A stretch of 64,000 nt of DNA from an uncultured cyanobacterium (GTDB taxonomy: Bacteria > Cyanobacteriota > Cyanobacteriia > Phormidesmidales > Phormidesmidaceae): positions 512,001 to 576,000 of the forward strand of contig CAWBZI010000004.1 of the NCBI GenBank assembly GCA_963793265.1, in the 5' to 3' direction. Shown in pieces: positions 10,560 through 20,642 of the stretch (positions within the stretch are counted from its first letter, which is position 1; each line of letters opens with the position of its first letter). Below the pieces are notes generated by a model. The model ran no database searches, was not told where the DNA came from, and saw only the letters and a list, made by a program, of their open reading frames with translations. The translations under genes were made by a program, and so were the position numbers.

Positions 10560-12041
10560 TCATTTACTTGCCTTCACGGCTGAAGCCGGTCGAACCTTAG
10601 TCAAACTAGATTTGATAGCTGCTGCCGTCTGAGCTGATTGGATAGGGCTAGCGGTATCGCTTAACAGCCGATGAACTGTTTTGAGTACCTTGTCTCGTAC
10701 AATAGGTTTGCTCAAAAAGCCTGAAGCCCCAACCATTTTGGCATGTACTCGGTCGGCCAGGGTGTTGTTGCTGGTGACAATTACAATCGGAATATCTTTA
10801 AACAGCGATACGCGCCGTACCTGAGAGCAAATTTCATAGCCGTTGGCTACCGGCATGACCAAATCTAGAAAGATAAGCTGCGGCTTATGCTCAATTAGCA
10901 GCGGCAGCGCGTGGGTAGATTCTTGAATGCTGCGGAATCGAAAGCCTGCATCTTGCAAAATATCGCCCATGGCTTTGCTATCTCTGGGGCTGTCGTCTAT
11001 ATAGATAACGAGCGGTGAGCTGCTGGCGACTTTAGAGAGTTTGCGAGGTACTGCCACCATCTTTGGATTAGCAGCCTTTGGATTAGCAGCGGTTCGTGCT
11101 CTAGCCGGACGGCTTGAATCTGGTGCTGATGGGCTTTTTGATGAGATAGATCCGCTATTTTTTGGATGGGTCGTTTGGTTGGGCTTTGGCGATGGTTGCC
11201 TGGCACGCTTTGATTGAGCGGGTGGTGCGATCGCTCCTTTAGACCGTTCTAGTTTGCTTAGCTTACTCGCATTAGCAGCGTCGGCCTCAGCGCCCAAATC
11301 GCTAACGCGAACCAGACCAATGACGCCCTGACGAACGTAGGGAATGATTCTACGCGTTAGCGGTAGCAAGGGCTGGTTGAGCTGAACGGCTAAGTCTCTG
11401 AACGTTTGCTTGCCGTCGATAATGCTAATGAGGTGCTGGTAGACGGCTTCTGAGGTTCGAGTTCTGAGATCCTCAGGCTGGCCAATAACGGGGGCTAGGT
11501 TAGGCGAGCACTTCACTAGCTCGGCCTGCTGCCATGCTTGCCAATCGTATTGGGTTTGCTGCCAGGCTTGTTCGGCTCTAACAATTAAAAATAGGTTGCT
11601 AGCAAACCGCTTATTGACACTAGAAGGCTTAAACTCTGATTTGCCCTGAAGCTTGCGGAGCGTGCCCTGATGAACAATATCAAATAGCACCTCCGATAGG
11701 TAGTCCTCGACGGCTTTTGCCACGTTGATGCGGTTAAGACGGCCCTGACGCACCTGAGCAACTATTTTGGCGTAGTGCAGCTCAGCATACGGAATAACCT
11801 CTATATCGTTTTCTAACTGAGTGACTTCCTTAATCACCTGAGGGCAGTGCTTGATTAGCTGCCGGTGCCACCGCCTGATAGGATGCATCCGCGAATGCGC
11901 CCACACCATCCGTCCCATATGAAAATAAAGTGTCCACTGCGGCGTTTTCCCTGGGCCAATGTAAATAACACCTGTAAATTGACTGCGCTTATGGGTCTGA
12001 AATTCCTCACTGAGTGCTTCAATAATCAACTTATTTTTCAT
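10560..12041 (-). CDS. PatA-family response regulator (PATAN domain + REC)
   Basis: N-terminal FTG..WTLYFHMGRMVWA..HPIRRW; C-terminal YIDDS..FLDLVMP..GYEIC..SKP. Confidence 0.88.
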   Translation of the reverse strand: MKNKLIIEALSEEFQTHKRSQFTGVIYIGPGKTPQWTLYFHMGRMVWAHSRMHPIRRWHRQLIKHCPQVIKEVTQLENDIEVIPYAELHYAKIVAQVRQGRLNRINVAKAVEDYLSEVLFDIVHQGTLRKLQGKSEFKPSSVNKRFASNLFLIVRAEQAWQQTQYDWQAWQQAELVKCSPNLAPVIGQPEDLRTRTSEAVYQHLISIIDGKQTFRDLAVQLNQPLLPLTRRIIPYVRQGVIGLVRVSDLGAEADAANASKLSKLERSKGAIAPPAQSKRARQPSPKPNQTTHPKNSGSISSKSPSAPDSSRPARARTAANPKAANPKMVAVPRKLSKVASSSPLVIYIDDSPRDSKAMGDILQDAGFRFRSIQESTHALPLLIEHKPQLIFLDLVMPVANGYEICSQVRRVSLFKDIPIVIVTSNNTLADRVHAKMVGASGFLSKPIVRDKVLKTVHRLLSDTASPIQSAQTAAAIKSSLTKVRPASAVKASK

Positions 12042-12342
12042 AGTTCAGTTTTCAATTTGCGCGGAGGCCCAAAGCAACGCTTTGCAAGCGGTACCCAATG
12101 AGTCTTAAGAGAAAGAGGTTTATAGAAGCTTTAACAGTTTGTATATTTAGTCTCAAGTTGCCCGAAAAATCCGACTGCTTAACGGCATGTGTATCGCGCT
12201 TTTATGGAGTGCTTTTAATTGTAGTTTTATCGATGAAATACCGTGTAATTGACGGTTGATGGCGTTTTGCACCAAGAGAAATAGATGTTTCATATTTTCC
12301 TGGGAATTCTCTTAATCAATCACAGTAGCCCTCTATACCGTT

Positions 12343-12993
12343 TTGTTCTCACCCTCTTCTTCTAAAGCTATCGGACTATTTTTAGTAACCTCAGCAGTGG
12401 GAATCACTACAGTGGGTTTAGCTCGCTATAACGCGAAGGCTTCTGAAGCCTTACTTGGCCTTTCTGTTTTAGATAGTGCTGTAGCTAAAAACGAACAGAT
12501 CAGTCAGCAGTACAAGTTCTCAATGGAGATGACTAATCTAGCGTCTCGCTATCGGGCCTTTTCTTTCGAGGTTGTTAGTCAAAATAGTAAAACCAAAGCA
12601 GTTTTGAGCGTACAAAGGCGCAATGGCGAAGCTGCTGTTGAAACGTATGGAAAAGATATAGACGAAGAGACTTTTGTCGCGTTTTGGCAGGCTCTCCGTG
12701 AGTTGGAGGTTGCTCAGCTCACAAACCTATCTCCCTATACTGAAAACTTAGCGCTTCAGCACGAAAGCCAGAAAGAAGATGCCATCAATCGCCCGCCTAG
12801 CAATGTTGTGCCTAACACTGTAAAGTCTGCGGCGACCTATCGCTTTCAGTTCCAAGATGGACGCTACGACTATCCCAACAGTTTTGAGGTGTATGCGCCA
12901 GAGGCGATCGCAGATGCGCGCTACAAGGCACTGCAAGATGTCGCCACGCTGTTTGTAGAAAACGCCTTTGCTGAAGAGCTAGCGAAAGAATAG
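12343..12993 (+). CDS. Hypothetical exported or anchored protein
   Basis: 216-aa ORF with N-terminal hydrophobic helix; TTG start uncertain. Confidence 0.7.
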   Translation: MFSPSSSKAIGLFLVTSAVGITTVGLARYNAKASEALLGLSVLDSAVAKNEQISQQYKFSMEMTNLASRYRAFSFEVVSQNSKTKAVLSVQRRNGEAAVETYGKDIDEETFVAFWQALRELEVAQLTNLSPYTENLALQHESQKEDAINRPPSNVVPNTVKSAATYRFQFQDGRYDYPNSFEVYAPEAIADARYKALQDVATLFVENAFAEELAKE

Positions 12994-13033
12994 TATTCAT
13001 ATTTGTGGGGGCGTAGATCTATTCTGTACGTGC

Positions 13034-13759
13034 TCAGGCGCTAACTGGCACGGTCGTTACGCTCGCCAAGTCAGCCGGGTCTAGATTGTGATTCATTACT
13101 TCGCCATCTCGAAACCATACGACGCGGTTAGTTAGTCGAGCAACGTCAGGTTCGTGCGTCACCATCACAACCGTAATGCCGCTAGCGTTTAGCTCAGAGA
13201 AAATATCGATTACATCCTGAGTGGTTTGCGTGTCTAAAGCGCCGGTTGGCTCGTCTGCCAGGATGAGTAAAGGCTGATTGACAATAGCACGGGCGATCGC
13301 AACCCTTTGCTGCTGTCCGCCTGAGAGCTGGTTAGGGCGGTTATTGAGGCGATCGCTTAACCCCACCTGAGAAAGTGCATCGGCAGCGCGCTTACTGCGA
13401 TCGCTACTCGAAACACCTGAGTACATCATCGGCTGCTCTACATTCTCCTGAGCGGTGAGGTGGCTAAGCAGATGAAACTGCTGAAAGACAAAGCCAATCT
13501 TGCGATTGCGGATATGAGCCAGTTCGTTTTCACCTAGCTTAGCCACATCTTGCCCGTCAAATAAATATTCACCGCTCGTCGGCTGATCCAAGCAGCCCAC
13601 CATATTCATCGCCGTGGACTTGCCTGAGCCCGAAGGCCCCATAATCGAGCAGTACTCACCTTTCTCAATGGTCATATTGACATCCCAAAGCGCTCTGACT
13701 TCGGTGTTTCCTGCCCCGTATATTTTAGTGACTTGGTTGAACTGAATTAAGGGCGGCAT
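13034..13759 (-). CDS. ABC transporter ATP-binding protein (MacB/LolD type)
   Basis: GPSGSGKST, LSGGQQQRVAIARA, ILADEPTG. Confidence 0.95.
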   Translation of the reverse strand: MPPLIQFNQVTKIYGAGNTEVRALWDVNMTIEKGEYCSIMGPSGSGKSTAMNMVGCLDQPTSGEYLFDGQDVAKLGENELAHIRNRKIGFVFQQFHLLSHLTAQENVEQPMMYSGVSSSDRSKRAADALSQVGLSDRLNNRPNQLSGGQQQRVAIARAIVNQPLLILADEPTGALDTQTTQDVIDIFSELNASGITVVMVTHEPDVARLTNRVVWFRDGEVMNHNLDPADLASVTTVPVSA

Positions 13760-13819
13760 GAGGGTTGATCGGTTTTGCTAAAGGCTAGATTGCTAAAGGC
13801 TACAGCGAGAGGGCGATAA

Positions 13820-15040
13820 CTAGGCGCTCCGTAGGGCCACAATCGGATCTAGCCTAGCGGCTTGTCGGGCGGGTACCACGCCAAAGAAAAGGCCAATTGT
13901 GCCAGAGACACCTACTGCAACTATCACCGCACTCACTGAAACGCCCGCTTCAAACGGAGAGAACGCCGCAATTAAAAAGATACCGCTCACACCTAAGCCC
14001 GTGCCGACTAAGCCCCCAATCGCAGAGAGAATCACCGCTTCGATTAGAAACTGCGAGAGAATGTCTTTTTGAGTTGCGCCAATCGCTTTACGCAGACCGA
14101 TTTCTTGAGTGCGTTCGCGGACGGAGACAAGCATGATGTTCATGATGCCGATACCGCCGACAAAAAGAGAGATAGAGGCGATCGCAGCTAGCATCAGCGT
14201 TAGTGCGCCTGTGACCGTATCAGCAATATTCAGCAGCGTTTCTTGGCTCGAAATATAAAAGTCATCACTTTCTGTTATGCCATGGCGCAGCCTGAGCAAG
14301 TTCGTAATTTGAAACTCGGCAGTCTCCATGGCTTCTGGATCGTTAGCAGATACCGAGATAAAAGTAACGTCAACCCCGTAAGGAGACGTACGGCCTACAA
14401 TGCGGCTAGCTAGTGTCGTAATTGGAATCATTACCGCATCATCGTAATCAAGCCCTAAGTTAGAGCCTTTTTTCTCTAATAAACCAACAACTTCAAAGGA
14501 AATGCCCTTAATTCGGATTTGTTTACCTAAAGGACTTTCGCTATCAAACAAACGCTCGGACAGCGTGCTGCCAATCACGGCAACAAGACTGTTTGAGCGC
14601 TGATCGAGATCGGTCAAAAATCGACCCTGGGCAACTTCAAAGCTACGAACCGAAAGAAAGCCTTCGGTGGTGCCGATAATACTGCTGCTGCTGTTACGGC
14701 TGCGATAGCTGATGATGCCCTGGGTATTTTTTTCGGCAGCGACCGCCGCTACAGAAGGCACTTGAGAGGCGATCGCCTGGGCATCTTCAACCACCAAATT
14801 ACGCGGCACATCAATATCACCCAGGTTTCGGGCTTCGCGATTACCCGGTACAATAAACAGCACGTTTGGCCCCAGGCTCTGAAGCTGTCCGCTGACGTAT
14901 TTTTGGGCACCTTCGCCAATGCCAATCATTGCAATGACTGAAGCATTTCCAATGATGATGCCAAGCATGGTGAGCGAGCTACGCAGCTTGTTAGCGCTGA
15001 GCGTTTTAGTCGCCATTTTTAAGCTTTCAGTGAAGTCCAT
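13820..15040 (-). CDS. MacB/FtsX-family ABC permease
   Basis: NKLRSSLTMLGIIIG, GGIGIMNIMLVSVRERTQEIG, PARQAARLDPIVALR. Confidence 0.95.
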   Translation of the reverse strand: MDFTESLKMATKTLSANKLRSSLTMLGIIIGNASVIAMIGIGEGAQKYVSGQLQSLGPNVLFIVPGNREARNLGDIDVPRNLVVEDAQAIASQVPSVAAVAAEKNTQGIISYRSRNSSSSIIGTTEGFLSVRSFEVAQGRFLTDLDQRSNSLVAVIGSTLSERLFDSESPLGKQIRIKGISFEVVGLLEKKGSNLGLDYDDAVMIPITTLASRIVGRTSPYGVDVTFISVSANDPEAMETAEFQITNLLRLRHGITESDDFYISSQETLLNIADTVTGALTLMLAAIASISLFVGGIGIMNIMLVSVRERTQEIGLRKAIGATQKDILSQFLIEAVILSAIGGLVGTGLGVSGIFLIAAFSPFEAGVSVSAVIVAVGVSGTIGLFFGVVPARQAARLDPIVALRSA

Positions 15041-15119
15041 AAGGTGCCATAGGAAGATGGCCAGTCATCTGCCAGCCGTGGATTTTAAATCAGTATTCAT
15101 AGCGTAGCGAAATTTCGCA

Positions 15120-15135
15120 GGTGACGGCGCTCACA
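15120..15135. promoter_or_regulatory. Possible CRP-type site
   Basis: GGTGA-cggcgc-TCACA matches TGTGA-N6-TCACA at 9 of 10 positions, in a divergent intergenic region. Confidence 0.35.
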
Positions 15136-15317
15136 AAGTTCTGATAGGCGAAGATGGCCTAGTGATGATTCTTTGTGTATTACCTATCTAAAGATGTTGA
15201 TGTTATCTCTTGAGTCGCTGTATGCTCTCCAAAAGTAGGTGCGTTTCGCGCAATTCCAATCACGCTTTTGAGCAAATCAAAGCCGCTGTATAAAAACAAA
15301 CTCTTGCCCCCGTATCA

Positions 15318-15785
15318 ATGTTTAAATTCAACAAAACAGCCGTCAGGGTAGTTGTTGCTGCCTGTTTAGCTGTTCCTTTTCTAATAACTGAAATTTCTAA
15401 AGGTTTAGAACCCTATCCAGCCGTTTTACAGCCATCCGGTGCCTACACTGTTTCAACGGCTGACAACATATTGACCTTTAAAAAAATGCAGCTTATCGCA
15501 CGCGATCTGGAGGGTTCTGAGCTAGTCGTTGACACAGACGCTTTTATGGGCACGATTCCTCATCACTTTTGGACGAGAATTGCAGGTGCCCGCTTTGGCC
15601 TATCGCGTGAAGCCTCTGACTCTAAACAGGAAACGCTCAACTGGATTCAAGCTCGGCTCTTAGATCAAGGCATTGATCGAGCGAGTACTTTAGTGGTGAG
15701 ATATATCGCGCTCTCTTTTGATGTCAACTCAGGTAAGGAAATCCATCGAGAAGTAACCAAGCAAATAGATGTTGACCTCCTTTAG
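15318..15785 (+). CDS. Hypothetical N-terminally anchored protein, upstream partner of the HTTM protein
   Basis: One N-terminal hydrophobic helix followed by EPYPAVLQP; overlaps the next ORF. Confidence 0.75.
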   Translation: MFKFNKTAVRVVVAACLAVPFLITEISKGLEPYPAVLQPSGAYTVSTADNILTFKKMQLIARDLEGSELVVDTDAFMGTIPHHFWTRIAGARFGLSREASDSKQETLNWIQARLLDQGIDRASTLVVRYIALSFDVNSGKEIHREVTKQIDVDLL

Positions 15786-17007
15786 GCGATCGCTTACACG
15801 CTCACTCAAACATTTGGGCCAATCCTTAAATACGATTGATACCAAACTCCGGGTGGTAGGACAGGTAGATTTAGCCTCGCTTTGTTACTTCAGAATTGTA
15901 TTTGGCCTGTTCACTATTCTATTTTTTTGGCAGCGATATATCTGGATAGGAACAGTGCCCCAATCCTTTTTTGAGCCGCCTACTTTTAGCCTAACAGCGC
16001 TGTTTAGCGGCTTTCCGCCTGCCGTTTTCTTTCAGATTATAGACATCGCTACCGGACTTTGTACGCTAACTGTGATGGTGGGCTTAGCTACTCGCGCTTC
16101 GACCGTTTTGTTACTGCTTTTGGTACTGGTGGGCAACAGCTTTTACTTCTCTTTGGGTTTTATCAACCACGAGATTCTGTATCTGTGCGTTTTGATAACA
16201 ATGTGCTTTCAGGACTGGGGGGCGCTGTATTCGGTCGATGCGCTGCTGAGGAAGAGAACATCAATAGAATCAACACGAATAGAAGAAGTAGCCTTAAGGA
16301 AATCGCCGCTAAATCGAGAAAACACTGAAAAATCGGCAAATTTGTGGCTTCTGGTTGTTTTCATCACGTTTGGCTTTTTTACTGCCGGATTTGGCAAGGC
16401 GTTTAGCTGGGTAGATTTTGATCTGACGACTAGCGGTTTTTTGAGCTGGTTTTATAGAGGCTATTTCAATCTGGGCCGAGATCAGTTCTTAGCGCCGCTG
16501 GTATTTAAGATAAACGTACCGCTGATATGGGAGCTGTTGGATTTGTCAGCGGTGGTATTTGAGCTGGGATTTTTGCTGGCAGTATTCTCGCGCAAGCGCT
16601 GGTATGGCTGGCTAACGCTCGCCTGCTTCTTTCACCTGATGAACTGCCTGCTTCTGAATATTTCATTCACTGCTAATGCCGTGGCCTATCTCGCCTTTGT
16701 GCCGTGGCATCAGTTTGCTGTTTTGCAGCAGGTATCTCGCAAACGGCTTAAGCGGGGTCTGGCCGCGCTATGTGCGTTTGGCGTGATGGCCTTTACTGTA
16801 CGGCTCTCATTTGCTGAAAGTGCAGGTATTTTGTCTTACTTAGTCGAACAGATGGGGGGCGATCGCCTGTGGGTAACGCTTGGCATCTGGCTAGGCTCGC
16901 TACTAATATTTCTATCGAGCTTTGGCTATTTTGTGAAACCGCAGCAGGCTTCTGTAGAAGCGTTAGCGCGAAGCAAAAAAAGAGAAGACGCTGTTGTTAG
17001 CCGGTAA
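15769..17007 (+). CDS. HTTM-like polytopic membrane protein
   Basis: FRIVFG, VGLATR, FINH, YSVDA, AGFGK, VFELGF and FHL motifs with many TM helices; start uncertain. Confidence 0.7.
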   Translation: MLTSFRRSLTRSLKHLGQSLNTIDTKLRVVGQVDLASLCYFRIVFGLFTILFFWQRYIWIGTVPQSFFEPPTFSLTALFSGFPPAVFFQIIDIATGLCTLTVMVGLATRASTVLLLLLVLVGNSFYFSLGFINHEILYLCVLITMCFQDWGALYSVDALLRKRTSIESTRIEEVALRKSPLNRENTEKSANLWLLVVFITFGFFTAGFGKAFSWVDFDLTTSGFLSWFYRGYFNLGRDQFLAPLVFKINVPLIWELLDLSAVVFELGFLLAVFSRKRWYGWLTLACFFHLMNCLLLNISFTANAVAYLAFVPWHQFAVLQQVSRKRLKRGLAALCAFGVMAFTVRLSFAESAGILSYLVEQMGGDRLWVTLGIWLGSLLIFLSSFGYFVKPQQASVEALARSKKREDAVVSR

Positions 17008-17929
17008 AGCCGCTTACCTGCCTTAAGACCTCCATCGGCCCGACAGACTTCAATTTAGCCAATCGCTCTGTATCTTTTACAAAAAGCGATCCGACGAACC
17101 CCAAGGCATTGATTGATATATCAGCATATTTTTCTTGACTGCGAGGAACAACCATCATCCACTTTTTAGTGCACAGAAAGTTGTATGCACCCGTCTGTTT
17201 ATCTTTCCACTGCTCTGTACTGATGATGCCGATAGCAGTAAGCAACTGATGGTAGCTAGCTAAGTATTGTTGAGCTGTTTCTTGCTCGGAATAGTCGCTT
17301 GCAAACAGCGTCTCTAAGCCGATTATGGCGTGCTGAAAGTTTAAGAGAGGAGACTTTAGGGCGGTGTTTTTTGTTGAGGTGTCTTTTGGCGAGGTGTGGC
17401 TTGATTGAACGGTTTGTGCGATCGCCGCTTCCATCGGAAAAGCTACCAACTCTTCTGAATAAGGCACCACCTGCAAATGCTTGTGCGGCTGACTGGCCCC
17501 TGCAACCGTACCGCCATTGAAAAACGCGAGCCCGTCCACCTCACCCAGGCAGCGCACTAACGCCTCAAAATCTGGCAGCGTCAGCCAGCTTTCCTGCGGC
17601 TCAAACTCGCGGGTCACAAGCAAAAAGTGCAAATCGACCACGTTAAACTTGTTGAGCAAGCACAAATGCGTCTTTGAAATATCGGTGACGTACAGGTCTT
17701 CTTCGTAAGGCAAAAAAGGATTTGCAGGCGCTGTCAGTCCCTGCTGCTTCAGCGCTTTCTCCTTACGCGAAAGATTCGCTAAAATTCGGACGACGAACTG
17801 AATATTGCCTGCCGGTAGATAAGCCACCTCAGTTTTTATTGGCTGCAAGGCACCAACGCTCAGACCATGCTCGCGCTGGGCGATTAGCCTGGAATAGAGC
17901 GTGCTAGATTGCCAGGGAATGCGGCTCAT
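16997..17929 (-). CDS. ATP adenylyltransferase (Ap4A phosphorylase II family)
   Basis: NPFLPYE, LLNKFNV, AGASQPHKHLQ (HxHxQ); ATG at 17929 overlaps the aroC stop. Confidence 0.9.
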   Translation of the reverse strand: MSRIPWQSSTLYSRLIAQREHGLSVGALQPIKTEVAYLPAGNIQFVVRILANLSRKEKALKQQGLTAPANPFLPYEEDLYVTDISKTHLCLLNKFNVVDLHFLLVTREFEPQESWLTLPDFEALVRCLGEVDGLAFFNGGTVAGASQPHKHLQVVPYSEELVAFPMEAAIAQTVQSSHTSPKDTSTKNTALKSPLLNFQHAIIGLETLFASDYSEQETAQQYLASYHQLLTAIGIISTEQWKDKQTGAYNFLCTKKWMMVVPRSQEKYADISINALGFVGSLFVKDTERLAKLKSVGPMEVLRQVSGFTG

Positions 17930-19023
17930 TACGATTGCAGCGTGCCACACTGGGCCTGCTGGCGCAGCAGATGGTCACATAGCACTAGCGCTACCATCGC
18001 CTCTACCATCGGCACTGCCCGAGGCAGCACGCAGGGGTCATGGCGGCCTTTGCCTGCTAGCGTGGTTTCAGCGCCAGCGTTGTCCACGGTCTTCTGCTCT
18101 TTGCGAATGGTTGCAGTAGGCTTAAAGGCGACTCGAATGACGATATTTTCGCCGTTAGAAATGCCGCCCTGCGTACCGCCTGCTCGGTTGGTGCGATTGC
18201 GAAAGGTGCCATCTTCGCCGCGATACATCTCATCGTTGTGCTGGGAGCCGGTGAGCAGGGTACCAGCGAAGCCTGAGCCCATCTCAAAGCCTTTGGTAGC
18301 AGGTAGCGACATTGCACCCTTGGCCAGATCAGCGCTGAGCTTGTCGAAAACAGGCGAGCCTAGCCCCTTTGGCATATTGCGAGCTACGCACTCAACCACA
18401 CCGCCGATTGAGTCGCCCTCTTTGCGAATCTGATCGATGCGCTCAATCATTTGCTCAGCCACATCTTGATTGGGGCAGCGCACAATATTGCTTTCGACTT
18501 CGGCTAGCGTAACAGTGTTAGGGTCTAGCGGCGCTTCGATGTCCTGAATGCGCTTCACGTAGCCAATCACTTCGGTGCCGCAGACCTGCTTAAGAATTTT
18601 TTTGGCGATCACACCTGCCGCCACCCGACCAATCGTCTCTCTGGCCGAAGACCGTCCGCCCCCCTGCCAATTACGAATTCCATACTTGGCATCGTAGGTG
18701 GCATCGGCATGAGAGGGCCGATACTTCACAGACATCTCGTCATAGTCTTGCGACCTGGCATCTTTATTGCGCACCAAAATCGAAATCGGTGTACCCAAGG
18801 TCTTGCCTTCAAATACGCCCGAGACAATCTCGCAGGTATCCGTTTCTTTGCGCGGCGTAGTAATCCGGCTTTGCCCCGGACGGCGGCGATCCAAATCGAC
18901 CTGAATTTCTTCAGCCGAGATCTCTAGCAGCGGCGGACAGCCATCAATAATGACGCCTACACCGCCACCGTGGGATTCTCCGAAAGTGGTGATCCGAAAA
19001 AGATGGCCGAAAGTGTTGCCCAT
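17929..19023 (-). CDS. aroC: Chorismate synthase
   Basis: [30 protein letters not shown]. Confidence 0.98.
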   Translation of the reverse strand: MGNTFGHLFRITTFGESHGGGVGVIIDGCPPLLEISAEEIQVDLDRRRPGQSRITTPRKETDTCEIVSGVFEGKTLGTPISILVRNKDARSQDYDEMSVKYRPSHADATYDAKYGIRNWQGGGRSSARETIGRVAAGVIAKKILKQVCGTEVIGYVKRIQDIEAPLDPNTVTLAEVESNIVRCPNQDVAEQMIERIDQIRKEGDSIGGVVECVARNMPKGLGSPVFDKLSADLAKGAMSLPATKGFEMGSGFAGTLLTGSQHNDEMYRGEDGTFRNRTNRAGGTQGGISNGENIVIRVAFKPTATIRKEQKTVDNAGAETTLAGKGRHDPCVLPRAVPMVEAMVALVLCDHLLRQQAQCGTLQS

Positions 19024-19109
19024 GATCTAAATTGCCTGACCTAATTGCCTGCGCTCGCAAGATAGATCCTACCGTATTTAGCGATCGCTCACCTTCTGCA
19101 CGACCTGAA

Positions 19110-20243
19110 CTATCTTGGGCCGTCTGCCAAAAAATTCTCAGATAGCTTCATCAACGTTCGTGGATCAATCGCTTTGTCGTCTTTGTAGAGGCTGTAGTGC
19201 AAATGAGGGCCAGAAGACCGGCCCGTGCTGCCAATATGACCGATGATCTGACCGCGCTTGATGCGATCGCCCACCTTCACTCTCACCTTAGACATATGCG
19301 CGTACAGCGTCTCATAACCGTGGCCATGATCGATAGTCACCGTATTGCCGTAGCCACCATTAGGGCCTGCTAGCGTTACCGTTCCATCTCCGGTAGCCGC
19401 GATAATATCACCCGTATCCCCGACAAAATCTATCCCTTCGTGCACCTCATAGCCGCTGCCGGTAAAGGGATTGCTCCGAATGCCATACTCCGATGAAACC
19501 ACCACGCGACCAACGACAGGCTGTCCGGTTGGATAAGATGCCTCTTCGGCCAAGGTCTTTTCTAAGGCAGGCTTAATGGCCGAATCTAACGCTCGGTTGA
19601 GTTCAGGAACCTGCTGCTTGGCGTCTTCCAGCAAATCTAAGGCCGTTACCACATTTTCCGGGCCACCTTGAGGCTTTAGACTCTTTGCCAGGGTGCCACC
19701 GCCTCTAACCGGCAGCACTAGACCAGCACTATTCACGCTTACCTCAGACAGGCCGCTCTGAATATTGTCTTGCGAGCTGCCAGCAGACTCAGCCGCTTTC
19801 TTCTCAGCCTTAGACTTCTCAGCCGCTTTTTTATCAGCCTCAGACTTCTCAGTTTCCTGTGGTTTCTCTTTTTGAGCCTCTTCGCTATCTGGCACGCCTG
19901 CTCTGGCTTTTAAAGAATCGATTTCGTCTCCTAAGACATCGATCTCTGCGGTGACCTCATGAGCAATTTCATGCAGCTCACTGTTGGTTCTGCTGAGCTT
20001 TAAGTTGTTTTGCAAAAGCAAAAAGCAAACGCCGCCAAGTGAAACGGTTGGCACGCCTAAAAACAAAAGCGCAATGAAAAACCCGCGTAAGGGCGTGACG
20101 GTTATATCACCAGAGCACTGTCGGTCACGGGTTCGCCGCCTTCGAGTGTCAGGGGAGAGCGCTGTAAGCCTGTGGCTATTTTTATCAACCTTTGGGCTGG
20201 TGCGCTTTGAGGCGGTGTAACTGCTGTGAGACTGCTGTCGCAT
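19110..20243 (-). CDS. M23 family metallopeptidase with TM and coiled coil
   Basis: HEGIDF, YAHM, GSTGRSSGPHLHY. Confidence 0.92.
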   Translation of the reverse strand: MRQQSHSSYTASKRTSPKVDKNSHRLTALSPDTRRRRTRDRQCSGDITVTPLRGFFIALLFLGVPTVSLGGVCFLLLQNNLKLSRTNSELHEIAHEVTAEIDVLGDEIDSLKARAGVPDSEEAQKEKPQETEKSEADKKAAEKSKAEKKAAESAGSSQDNIQSGLSEVSVNSAGLVLPVRGGGTLAKSLKPQGGPENVVTALDLLEDAKQQVPELNRALDSAIKPALEKTLAEEASYPTGQPVVGRVVVSSEYGIRSNPFTGSGYEVHEGIDFVGDTGDIIAATGDGTVTLAGPNGGYGNTVTIDHGHGYETLYAHMSKVRVKVGDRIKRGQIIGHIGSTGRSSGPHLHYSLYKDDKAIDPRTLMKLSENFLADGPR

Positions 20244-20642
20244 GAATTGTTAAAGGCGATTGTTTACACAACGCACTTAAAATGAATCCGGCAAACTTCT
20301 TTCTTCTTTACAACTACGAAATTATACGGGGATCGCGCCCCCCAATACTCAATACTTCCGAATATACGTACGGAATACTCACTAAGCATAAGGAAAGCTT
20401 AAGGTTTATTTTCCGTGCTTACCCAGCGGGCTTTAGACGCAAAATTCCGCAGTGGCATACGTTTCACACGCTAAGAGTTGTAGCCTAAGCCACATTTTTC
20501 AGTATTTCTTTAGAAAGAAGCAGGTCATTTCTCCTTTTTTGTACGGTTGTGTAATTTTGCGATTTATGTACTGTAATATCTGCGCCCTGGAATAGTTGCG
20601 ATCGCCGAGGCCCATTCGGCAAAGTATAGTCACCTCTACAAG

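Noticed and set aside
13005..13033. Possible further REP-like copy (GTGGGGGCGTAG...)
   Set aside because: No GTAG start and a poor palindrome.
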